Below, one piece after another: positions 11,300-23,120 of a DNA stretch of 64,000 bases. Position numbers and translations under genes: made by a program. Below the pieces are notes generated by a model, which saw only the letters and a list, made by a program, of their open reading frames with translations, made no database searches and was not told the origin of the DNA. The stretch comes from Octopus bimaculoides (taxonomy: Eukaryota), in assembly GCF_001194135.2 (NCBI RefSeq), contig NC_068993.1, positions 19,750,436 to 19,814,435 of the forward strand, written 5' to 3'. Each line of letters begins with the position of its first letter. The stretch's first letter is position 1.

Positions 11300-13004
11300 G
11301 CATACATACATACATACGTACATATACATTATATTATATTATATTATATTATATTATATTATATATGGGATCGGATTTCTATTAGTGCTGGGATAACTTA
11401 AATTATGATGCTTTTGATATTGATGCCAAAGTAGAATTTTCTTCTTTTTGTTTCGAATATGGGATCAAAGCATGAAGGTCTCAATGTCAGAATTTTATAT
11501 AATTTTTGGTAATTGATTTGCTATTTCGGGTCCCTAATGCCTACATTTCAGGGAATTAATATTTTCCCCTTTCTAGCAAGAAGTAAGGTTTCGATATTGA
11601 TTTTATTTTAGTAAAATATTGAACGCTGTTGCTATCACGTTATGCGTACTTGTTGCATATTCAAAGTCGTGATACTTCGGCTAAATTCATTTAATATGCT
11701 ACATCAAGCTTGCGGTTTTATTGTCCGCTTTCCTTTTATTATCCATTGTGTACTTTTATTGTATTGCATACGCACGTGCACACGCCTACATACATACATG
11801 CATATTGTGACGGTGGAACTTGAATTAGAAAAAGCTACCAATGATAATAATAGCGCATAGATACTGGATTGAAATCCTGGGAGATAGAACAAGTCGAAAG
11901 CTGTCCGTAGGATTAATGACGTAAACATAATCATATATATATGTGTGTGTGAGTGTGTGTGTGTGTGTGTATGTGTGTGTGTGTGCGTGTGTGTGTGCGT
12001 GCGGGGGTATATATTTATACACGTATTCATGTACATACCCATATACTGGATACTTATATGGATGTATACATATCTCATATATGGATATATATATATGGAT
12101 ATATGAATTTCCTAATAAGACTGGATTATTTTTATTGGTATTCGCGTAATTTAGACTGTGAGGTTTTCTCATGATGCTACAGCAGAATTTAACTCTTTGA
12201 TTTTCAAATACAGGATCAAAGCATTTGTCTTGTATATTTTGGCTGGACTATATTTTTGACCTTTCCCCGTGTTTCTAACCCGATTCCCTATTAATATTCT
12301 ATTTTCTTAATATTATATTCTATATTAGTCTTACTTTGCTTTCGTAATACTCTCTTTCTCTTTTATTTTGCCGAGTAAGAATTGGTTTATTTCATGTGTT
12401 TTGTCTATCTACATTGCATGGTTTTGTGCTTCTGTGTTTCTGGTGCGCTTGAGAAAAATTACTTTACTCCATTAGGATTGAATCCATTTTAACTTCATAC
12501 TACTATGAAGCAAATACTGCTTGTGTTTGCTTCCATGGAAATAATTTCTTTGAGAGTCCGATGTATTTCGTTATTATCTTTTTTTTCCACTGTGTTTCTT
12601 TATTCAACGTCTCAGAATGCATTTCTGTTATTAAATGTTAATTGATTTTGTTAAGGTCAGTTATGATTTACTCGTGTTTTTGTTTTTTTGGATTTTCCTC
12701 GTTGAATTTGCATATTCGGTTTTTTGTTGTTGTTGTCGTTGCTATTTTCTCCCTCGGCGTTACTTGTGCAAACATGTGACCAAAGGCATTCTGTCTGTGA
12801 CCATCTTATCTTTTAGGAGTATGCAGCACGTTTTTAGTCAATGTAACCATTGAATAAAAAAAATATGATTTCAGGAGATCTTTAGCAGTTTGATCGATCA
12901 TGAAGTAATTCTTTTTTTCCGTCTCGTTATTGATTCTGTTGTTTTACATAGGATAAAGAGCATGTATTTGTTGCGACTGGGTATTTGAACGGTTGCTTCT
13001 GGGG

Positions 13005-13413
13005 AGACTTGTTGACGTCAGGTTTTGTTGCATTTTTACCAGCTCATTACGTTCTGACTTCAAATTACCCCTTGGTTGAATTTACTTTTCATCCTTTCGG
13101 AATCGCTACGTTCCTGTCATGTACTGGGGTAGATGTAATAATTTGCCCTTTACATCAAAATGTCTGACCTTGTGCCAAAATTAGAAAGAATTATTGTCAG
13201 TTTTAATAAGGTGGGTTGGTTGAATCGTTAGCGCGTCTAACAAAATGCTGAGCGACATATCTTCTAGCTTATTCCGTTCCGGGGTCAAATTCGTCGAAGT
13301 CGACTTTGCAGAGACGATAACATAAGAACTAGTTAAGTACTTGGGTCGTTGCAATCGACTAACCGTTCTCTTCAAAATTGTTGGTCTTGTACCAAAATTA
13401 GAAAGAATTATTA
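13005..13413 (+). mobile_element. Two degenerate tandem SINE family B copies
   Basis: Both end in CTTGT(G/A)CCAAAATTAGAAAGAATTATT; they retain TCAAATT, CATCCTTTCGG and GTCGACTTTGC motifs of family B. Confidence 0.65.
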
Positions 13414-14394
13414 TCTTCTGTTCATCAGACTTTTACCGGTATCTAGTGTATTGTAATGACTTGTCTTTTTCAAATGAGAACAGTTTTGTTTCGTTTTATG
13501 TTTTATGTTTTGAGAGTTTATTACGCATATTTGCGATATTTTCTCTTGGGCTTTGTTACTGCTGAGTTTGTTCTTCATATATTAATGGTTTATGGAACCG
13601 AATTCTTGTTGTTTGTAAATATTAGTTGGTATTTTGCTCATTTTCTATTTCTGCTGATAACATATTTTTACTGTTAATTACACACTTAACTATATTTGTT
13701 TCCACTACAGTTCAGTCATGTTCTTCTTTTCTTCCCCCAGATCTCAAACGCTTTATTTTTTTAACCATTTACTATGGTTGTGTGAGCTAGATATAACGTA
13801 AGTGATAGTAAGTGTTTAACTCTTCGAGGTATTGTTCTTTAGTGCATCGTGTCTTAGAAGTTTTAATTTAATTTTAATAGACACTTACTATGTTAAACGA
13901 AACATATTTTTTTATTATTTCACTTTAATTTGTTTTTATTTTATTTATTCATTTAGTCTTTGTCGAGGGTTAATCTAGTGAAAGGATGCTGGGTTTTATG
14001 CTGATGTAACACGCGCCTTGTTGTTTGGCAGTATTAGATTTACACTTTTGTGTTTCTCAAATGCTTTGGGCCAGCAGGTATTTTTTATTGCAGACTATTT
14101 TGTTGTTCAGGTTTACAGTTATATATAACATTGGTTTGCTTTGAAGTTCGTTCACTGTTTTACTTGTGCTCTGTTAGTATTTGTTACTGTTGTTCTTGTT
14201 TAACTCCGAGCCAACTTTTCTGACGAAGATCTGTGATCAAATATGTTGTAGTCATGACGACGCCGACTAGGATTCTTTTTTTCAGACTGCGTACCTCAGG
14301 CTACAATATCCACTGTTTTCTATCTTATTTTTTCAATATTGAATTAATTGTTTTGCTTCAAAAATTTGGGCCACCAAGTTAAATATTTACTTAG

Positions 14395-14776
14395 ATTATT
14401 CTTCCTACTGTTTGTTGCGGGTCTCCGAAAACGTTCATCAATATCAACATTTGTTCGGCCATCTTGGAAACGTTTGAACCACTCGTACACTTGTGTGCAA
14501 CTCATACATTCCTCTCCATACACTTTCTGCAACTTCGTGTAGGCCTCTGAGCAGGTATCGCCATGACAACTTTCTCTGTCATAGTCATTGTGACGATCAC
14601 ATGCTACACACGTTCCTTCCAAGCACTGTTGTAAACAACGGAAGAGACCTAGAATGTTAAAACGTTGTGCACATGCACAGCAGAGTTCAAGGTTAATTTT
14701 TGCCAAGCGGCTTCACTCTGCGTGTTTTAGCTTTGTTACTATGGCAACAGTCCGGATACTTATTGAACAGATCTCG
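14395..14776 (-). mobile_element. Mariner (Tc1/mariner) relic: left TIR and HTH-coding region
   Basis: TA + CGAGATCTGTTCAATAAGTATCCGGAC terminus; SEAYTKLQKVYGEECMSCTQVYEWFKRFQDGRTNVDIDERFRRPAT; same family as 59490-60105. Confidence 0.88.
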
Positions 14777-14801
14777 TATATATATACATACATAACGTTT
14801 A

Positions 14802-14890
<89 letters not shown>

Positions 14891-14896
14891 GAGAAT

Positions 14897-15465
14897 TCAC
14901 AGTCTGACATTCTCTGGGATTGCAATCCCTCCAGATCTACTGTATTTAATTAGGATTGCATTTAGTTTTGCATGCTCATAGCATAGGGCTTGAAACTTTT
15001 TAGCATGAAACGGCTTGCTGTTCTTCTTAGCCCACTTGTATATTTCATCTAACTCATCTTGCAGGTGCATAGAGCCTTCAGGGTTCTGTATCATCAGTGA
15101 GACTGTTGTATCATCTGCATAGCTTCTGAATGTGGCCCTCTGTGTGGCTGGGAGCATATTTGAGACGGTCATTATTAACACTAGTGATCCCAGAACAGTG
15201 CCTTTCGGAACACCACTCACTATTTGCGTGTCATTTGAGGTGGCCCCATTGGCTACTACTACTTGACTTCTATCTTTCAGAAAGTCATGCAGCCGCTATC
15301 CCAATTTCCCGACTATGTTGAGATCGCGCAGTTTGTGAAATATCATTCCATGATCGACTTTATCGAAAGCTTTTGCCAAGTCGAGATACATCACATCCAC
15401 ATTTGAGTATTTGAGTCATAGTGTTGTAAGAGCTGAGTCAGGCAGTTTCTTCCTGGTCAGAAAAA
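14897..15465 (-). mobile_element. CR1-group LINE reverse transcriptase fragment
   Basis: NVDVMYLDLAKAFDKVDHG...SGVPKGTVLG...SYADDT...LQDELDEIYKWA; one in-frame stop. Confidence 0.88.
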
Positions 15466-15561
15466 AATATATATGGACATATCCATACATACATGCACGC
15501 ATTTGCCTACTCATATATGCATACAAACATACATACATGCATACACACATACATATATAAC

Positions 15562-15592
<31 letters not shown>

Positions 15593-16209
15593 NNNNNNNN
15601 NNNNNNNNNNNNNNNNNNNNNNNNNNNNNNNNNNNNNNNNNNNNNNNNNNNNNNNNNNNNNNNNNNNNNNNNNNNNNNNNNNNNNNNNNNNNNNNNNNNN
15701 NNNNNNNNNNNNNNNNNNNNNNNNNNNNNNNNNNNNNNNNNNNNNNNNNNNNNNNNNNNNNNNNNNNNNNNNNNNNNNNNNNNNNNNNNNNNNNNNNNNN
15801 NNNNNNNNNNNNNNNNNNNNNNNNNNNNNNNNNNNNNNNNNNNNNNNNNNNNNNNNNNNNNNNNNNNNNNNNNNNNNNNNNNNNNNNNNNNNNNNNNNNN
15901 NNNNNNNNNNNNNNNNNNNNNNNNNNNNNNNNNNNNNNNNNNNNNNNNNNNNNNNNNNNNNNNNNNNNNNNNNNNNNNNNNNNNNNNNNNNNNNNNNNNN
16001 NNNNNNNNNNNNNNNNNNNNNNNNNNNNNNNNNNNNNNNNNNNNNNNNNNNNNNNNNNNNNNNNNNNNNNNNNNNNNNNNNNNNNNNNNNNNNNNNNNNN
16101 NNNNNNNNNNNNNNNNNNNNNNNNNNNNNNNNNNNNNNNNNNNNNNNNNNNNNNNNNNNNNNNNNNNNNNNNNNNNNNNNNNNNNNNNNNNNNNNNNNNN
16201 NNNNNNNNN

Positions 16210-16244
<35 letters not shown>

Positions 16245-16499
16245 GTAGCCGTATCTGATGTTTCAGAAATTGGCAGTAAAAGTTGACGAAGTGTAAATAA
16301 CTCACATGTTAGGTGCTTGTCTTCGGCTGTATTTATTTCCTTCATTTAGATTGTCTATAGTGCTAGCCAAACAATAAAGAGAGGGCTGTCATACAGAAAG
16401 TTCAAATGTCTAGAGTTGAACTACTAGGAATTAATATCGATATTATCGACGTGACTTTCCTTTAAAAAATGATTTTTAATGAGTTGTTCTCTTTGCTGG

Positions 16500-17700
16500 T
16501 CACCTTTAGAAGCTATGTATCTAACCTTGTAACTTACCTGATCAAAGCGTTCGCTGATAGAAAAGATTATTGCATTGTCAACCGCAGAATATACAAGTCT
16601 GTAATGGTCTCAAATTTTCTATGGAAATGTATGTTCACCAATTCCCATTTTAATTTTTCTAGAGATATTTCACTTCCATAGTAATACGACCTCTGAAACG
16701 AAATGTTGGCTTGCAGTCTTTCATACAAATCATCTTAGAGGTTATCGAATGAATCTTTATTCCTTATATCTTTCAATACTTGTTTAGTAATTTCAGCCAG
16801 CCTTTCTCAATCTGTTGATGACATTTTAGATACACTCAGAAGCTTTTATAAATTGTCTGTGAATATAAGAACTGATCGAGATATAGTATGAAGAATAAAT
16901 TAAACATTTTCATTTGAGACTTGCATCCAATTATACAGTACCAAATATTAGCATCCAATTATAGTTGAACATTCTTACCAAAACTTGAACTGGAGTGAAT
17001 AATTATCAAGAATTCGTCAAAAGCAAGTAATGAGTAGAGCGTCTATCTAACTCTACTTAAATATACATTATCACCAGAAGTCAATTTTCTTTCAGATACT
17101 TATGTGCATTTTTTTCGACACTTTATTAGAGTATCAATATAATTTGTATGACGTATCATAGCAAACATTATCTTACTTTGTATTATGAACTTTTGACTTT
17201 GATGTGTGCCTGATAATGTATTACTAAGGCCTTCGGTTGCTTGTTGTTCTTCTAAACGTTCCTTTACTCCAGTATTTCCCCAAGCATGCTACTCGGTTTG
17301 GCTTTCCTCTACATTAGCATAAGTGTAGTCGCAATCTTTTGAGTGCATCTATGATAATTGAAAATAATTTTTTATATCTAATGAATGATAAAAACCAAGA
17401 AATTACTCATTGGCCGATTGCTGACCCGAAGATCACTTAATCTAAGTTGTTTTTGTTGGATGTCTCGGTATATTAGTCACTGATAATTGAAAAAGTTTTA
17501 TCGATCTAACCAACTAAATCTTTCAGTTATTGTAGAACAGAGCTCAGTTTGCATTGGGTGACTCACGTATCTATCTGTAAGAATTTTGTTGTACTACTCC
17601 AGAATATGATCAGGAATAGATTCTCTTCGCAGTCGGACACGGTTAAAGAAAGTTAGATTATTCTTCATTGTTGTCTTTGCCTCCAAAGGAAATTTAGGAC
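16500..17700 (-). mobile_element. Degenerate hAT transposase relic (ZMYM1-like type)
   Basis: TDNL*KLLSVSKMSSTD*ERLAEITKQVLKDIRNKDSFDN and YRLVYSAVDNAIIFSISERFDQVSYK match the C-terminal half of such hAT transposases; best support at 16526-16865, outer limits uncertain. Confidence 0.6.
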
Positions 17701-18525
17701 TTGTCTGCATTTATTTTCTTACAGTTTCATCGAACAATTCTTCAGCGTTATTACATTACAGAATCTACAGTTTTAATTCGATGGTAGGGGCAGTGATTTT
17801 CAGGAGGGCCAATAAATCTCAAAACGCTGACAAGTTATTACAATCATTTCGTTTTGTTTTTACAAGTAAAAAATCTTTCAGGTAAAAAGATATTTTATTT
17901 AACACCATCTTGTACATTTGAATTTTCTTTTGCCTAGGAAAAAACATTATCCATGACTGTGGAAATCAAAGCCATTGAACCAAGTTGGTTGAAAAGATCA
18001 CTTCTAGTAGTTAGGTGCTCTTTCAGAAAAATTGAAATTGATATCTTGATTTATTTTAGAAGTAGAATCAAGTCTGAGAGCTGATTCAGTGGCCTGGTAT
18101 ACTGATGTTTAATCAACATTTCTAATCAAGACAATGAAGAAAAAAATACTAACAGAAACGATTTTTCGAGAAATAACTGGTTACATGTGTATTTATTGGG
18201 TGCGGTTTGTTTCAGTAGCTGGTCAGCAGGAACCATAAAGATATTATCAGTCTTGAATGAAAAATATCTCGCATTGAACGATTATTAAATACACTTCATA
18301 TCAAGAGAGTTTCCCACTAGACGTTCGGTATTTTGCGAAGGGAAAAGAAAGAGAGCGAAAGTTGGTGATAGAAGAGCGACGTTGTCACACAAGGTAAGTG
18401 AATAAGACATAGAAATATATTAATTATTAACCCACGTTGCACGAGAGATAATATTTACTTTTAGCTGTTCATATATACGTGTGTGTGAGGGTGTGTGTGG
18501 AGGGGGTGTAAGTGTGTGTCATTAA

Positions 18526-18750
18526 TCATTTATCTTTAACTTGTTTCAGTCATTAAACTACGGCGACGCTGGGGCATCTCCTTGAAGAATTTTAGTCAAA
18601 TGAATCTACCCCAGTACTTTGGATACTTTAAAAACCTGGTACTTATTCTACCGTTCTCTATTCCCAACCGCTAAGTTACGGGGACGTAAACACACCGACA
18701 CCGGTGGTTAAGTGATGGTGGGTGGCAAACACAGATGCAGAGATACATAC
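18526..18750 (-). mobile_element. SINE family C, 3' half (interrupted by a Penelope-like element)
   Basis: Matches the corresponding part of intact copies at 22687-23120 and 41468-41853, up to their internal CA/TA microsatellite. Confidence 0.8.
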
Positions 18751-20542
18751 ATGCTGGTTTCATTTGATGTAGGGAACTTGTATACTAATATCCCACACAA
18801 CTATGATTTAAAAGCAATTACCTTCTGGCTTGAAAAAGACCCTGAAGAAATCTCAGGACGCATCAGCCGTAATTTCATAATAGCAGCTCTAAAATTCATC
18901 TTTCTCAACAACTATTTCATGTTTGATACAGTCCACTACCGGAAAAAATGTGGAATTGCAATGGGCACCCGAGCTGCCCCAGTGATTTCAAACCTTGTAA
19001 TGGGTTACCTAGAGCTCAAAATATACCACTCATCACTCCAAAAACATGGTACCTCATTCCATTGCTACCTAAAGGAGAACTGGAAGAGATACTTAGATGA
19101 TTGTTCTATACTTTGGAACGACAGTATGGACAAACTCATCGATTTTAAAACAATGCTCAACAATATCAACAGCAACATACCATTCACCATGAAATATAGC
19201 AATAAACAACTCCCTTTTCTTGACATCCTAATCAAAATAGTCTATAACCGCATTGAAACAGACATCTTCTATAAGCCCACAGATTCCAAACAATACCTAT
19301 TATTCAATTTGTGCCACCCAAAACATATAAAAAGCAAAATATTCCTTATAATCTAGCAAAAAGAATCTGTACCATTGTCTCGGACTCCAATATTCTTGAA
19401 CAAAGACTCCTTGAACTCAAATCTATATTAATCAAAAGACATTACCCAATACCATTAATAAATGAAAGAATTAAACGAGCAAAATTAATCTACATCCAAA
19501 CTTTATGGAAAGCCCACCGAAATACCACACCAGACTTCAAAATACTCCCATACATCTTCACACACACAATCCTAAGAACAATGAGGCCTTCAACATCATC
19601 ACCCAAAATCTTCCCATTCTCACAAAGGATAAAACAATGAAAAAAATTCTAGACTCATATAAAATTATAAAGAGAATAATACAACCAAAATCATTGAAAA
19701 AATATTAACCAGTGCAAGACTATATCCATCAACAACAGAACCAGTGAAAAAATGTGAATGACTTAACTGTGGAACATGCCCCCACATTTTGGAGAGCAAA
19801 GAGTTTCACTTTAAACAAGGAGGTATTTTTAAAGTAAAATCAAATTTCACCTTTGCTTCCCAAAACGTAATGTATGCCATGACATGCCTAGGATGTGGTA
19901 GTAACAATGTAGGACAAACTGGATTATCGTTACGCCGAAGAACAACTCTTCATAGAGAACAAATCCGCTACCCATAATACAGACAGTTACAAGTCAGTAA
20001 ACATATAAAAAGATGTGCTAAGAATATTATACCTAGCTTCCTGATATTCCCTTTTTACCAATGTTCACAGAACACCTCAGTGCAGCAAAGACTAAATAAA
20101 GAGGCATTCTTCATCAATAAATATCATCCATAACTCAACATGAACACACAATCCAACACAGGACACTACTGCTTCAATAATTCCAACACCCTTACCCTCC
20201 AGTATTATCTCCTTTCTCTACCCCAATTATATCACATCCATAACTGCTTACCTACTTTGCATCTAATTCTCTCTACCAGAGATTATTAGACCTGATACTG
20301 TTTTGACGCCGTTTTAGTCAAAGAAAGATGAACGGCGCTTGGTCGCGAAACTGGTATTTTTATTTTGAAATTTTTAAAAAACAACAATAATGACTCATTA
20401 CCCAACCTAATTCAACTAATTGTATGTATTTAAATTTTTCCTTGTACATAAAAAGTTTTTAATTTTTATACTTGATGTGCATTTTCATTTTTTGTCTTTT
20501 CTATCTATTTACACCACGTGTAACCTCCTCAAATCCACTTTC

Positions 20543-20545
<3 letters not shown>
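18751..20545 (+). mobile_element. 5'-truncated Penelope-like element (RT + Cys-rich linker + GIY-YIG + 3' UTR)
   Basis: VSFDVGNLYTNIP, GIAMGTRAAP, WKRYLDD, LPFLD, FYKPTDSKQYL...CHPKH; linker CE*LNCGTC; VMYAMTCLGCGSNNVGQT...RLNKEAFFI; several frameshifts and stops. Confidence 0.93.
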
Positions 20546-20575
<30 letters not shown>

Positions 20576-20579
<4 letters not shown>

Positions 20580-20732
20580 ACGGGCTTCTTTCAGACTACC
20601 GAATCCTTTCACAAGACTTTAGTCGGCCCAAGTCTATAGTAGAAGCCATTTGTCCAAAGTGCCATGCAGTGGGACTGACCTGGAACGTTGTAGTTAAGAA
20701 GTAAACTTCTTGCCACATGGACACACCTGCGC
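20576..20732 (-). mobile_element. SINE family C, 5' half (head)
   Basis: CGGGCTTCTTTCAG...ATAGTAGAAG...GCAGTGGGACTGA...CACACCTGCG, continuing the copy broken at 18750. Confidence 0.8.
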
Positions 20733-20733
20733 A

Positions 20734-20792
<59 letters not shown>

Positions 20793-21513
20793 ATGTGTAT
20801 ATTATTTAGTATCCGCTTGAATCAGCTCCATACAACTTAAAGATTCGTAGGATCATAGAACAAACCTATATAGTCAGGTATCAAGATGCCTGGCGAGTTA
20901 TTTTCGTTCCACAAGAATGGAACTGAATAAAACTGTTATTGAATAATATATGTAACTCCTACAAAACTACAAAATGTTTTGAGAGCCACTTCTATTTTCT
21001 GTAACCAACAAGAGGCAACTACAGTGGCATAATTAATCTTAAAATTTATCGACTCCAGAATTTGTTCTGCAGAGATAAGATGAGAAAGTGTGAAGACATC
21101 ACTAGTTGTCACTTAGCGTGATAAAAAAGATATCAGACATTTTTTCAAGCATACAAGTTAAATTTTATGTCAAATTAATTCCTAATTTTTAAAAGTATTC
21201 TCCCATTCTCTTCAGATTCGCTAACAGCTGCCATTACGCTTGTATTTTACTTCTCTAACTAAAAAGCAAATTTGAAGAAATAACCAGAAATTATGAATGC
21301 ATGTGTATATACTTAAATATGTATACATTTGTATATTTGCATGTATGTTTGTATATTTCTAGGTATGTATATATGTATGCATGTTTATTAATGTATGTAT
21401 GCATATGTCATGCATGTATATATGTATGTTTATGTATGAGTATAGATAAATAGATATTTATAAATATACATATATATACACATTTTACAGATCCACATAT
21501 ATTGCACATATAC

Positions 21514-21556
<43 letters not shown>

Positions 21557-22066
21557 NNNNNNNNNNNNNNNNNNNNNNNNNNNNNNNNNNNNNNNNNNNN
21601 NNNNNNNNNNNNNNNNNNNNNNNNNNNNNNNNNNNNNNNNNNNNNNNNNNNNNNNNNNNNNNNNNNNNNNNNNNNNNNNNNNNNNNNNNNNNNNNNNNNN
21701 NNNNNNNNNNNNNNNNNNNNNNNNNNNNNNNNNNNNNNNNNNNNNNNNNNNNNNNNNNNNNNNNNNNNNNNNNNNNNNNNNNNNNNNNNNNNNNNNNNNN
21801 NNNNNNNNNNNNNNNNNNNNNNNNNNNNNNNNNNNNNNNNNNNNNNNNNNNNNNNNNNNNNNNNNNNNNNNNNNNNNNNNNNNNNNNNNNNNNNNNNTGT
21901 GTATATACTTAAATATGTATACATTTGTATATTTGCATGTATGTTTGTATATTTCTAGGTATGTATATATGTATGTATCATTTCTCACTTGTAAAACACT
22001 CTATGCGGATTCCATTACAGAAACGTGTGTATACACAAGATAATGCTGTTCACACAACTCTACACA

Positions 22067-22138
<72 letters not shown>

Positions 22139-22686
22139 AGCACGCACGCGCATGCGGATTTTTACGCACTCATACAAGTATACAAGCGCACATACATTCC
22201 AGTGTGCAAGCACTCATACTTGGTGAAACTCATTAGTGCATTGTGTCTCAGCAATTCGCACCTGATAGTAATAATTAGGCAATCTAATAGCACCGCAGCT
22301 ATTTTCGATCACTGAATTGATTACTAAAGATTGGTTACCATGGTGACAACCTAACTGATATTAATAATGTCATATTCCCAGAAACTTTCATCAGTGTATG
22401 GTTTCTCAGGCTATTTTTGTTGATATTTTTAATTGAGAAGCTAAAGTCCACACATCTCCCTTCTCAAACATAACCTAGTTGTTGAGTGCCAGAGATGAAG
22501 CTCTGTAATATTCTTTTCTGCTCTGTTTAATATAGGTTAAAGTGAAATATTTGGTGTGAAAGCAATTCCGCATCATGAACTAATTATCAATATTTAATAG
22601 TCATAACTTAGAGCTATGACTTATGGAGTCCATAATTAGTTATTAACATTATTACATCAGAAGTGGATAGTATAGACTTTTAACGG

Positions 22687-23120
22687 TTACTTGTTCCAGT
22701 CATTAGAGTGCGGACACGCTGGGGCACAGCCTTGAAGAATCTTTAGTCGACTGAATCAATCTCAGTATTTATTGTGTTTCATTTCTTTTACTTTAAGCTT
22801 GGTACTTATTCTAGCGGTCTGTTTGCCGAATTGCTAAGTCACGGGGACATAAACACATCAACACCGGTGGTCAAGCGGTAGTAGGGGAGACACATTGGCA
22901 CAAAGACACATACAAACACATAATATATATATATATATATCCATATATATATATATATATGACGGGTTTCTTTCAGTTTCCGTCTACCAAATTCTCTCAC
23001 AAGGATTTGCTCGGCCCCAGGCTAAAGTAGATGAAACTTGCCCAAGGTGCCACGCAGGGGTAATGAACCTGAAACCATGTGGTAAGGAAGAAAGTGTCTT
23101 ACCATAGAGCCATGCGAGCA
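22687..23120 (-). mobile_element. SINE family C, full length with internal (TA)n
   Basis: Both halves are joined by an internal CA/TA microsatellite; the CORE-like CCTTGGGCAAGT motif is on the minus strand. Confidence 0.85.

Noticed and set aside
18340-18399. Strong AAG|GTAAGT donor
   Set aside because: No convincing acceptor or reading frame upstream.
21302-21975. About 75-bp direct repeat at 21302 and 21898
   Set aside because: The second copy starts right at a gap edge in low-complexity sequence; an assembly artefact cannot be excluded.
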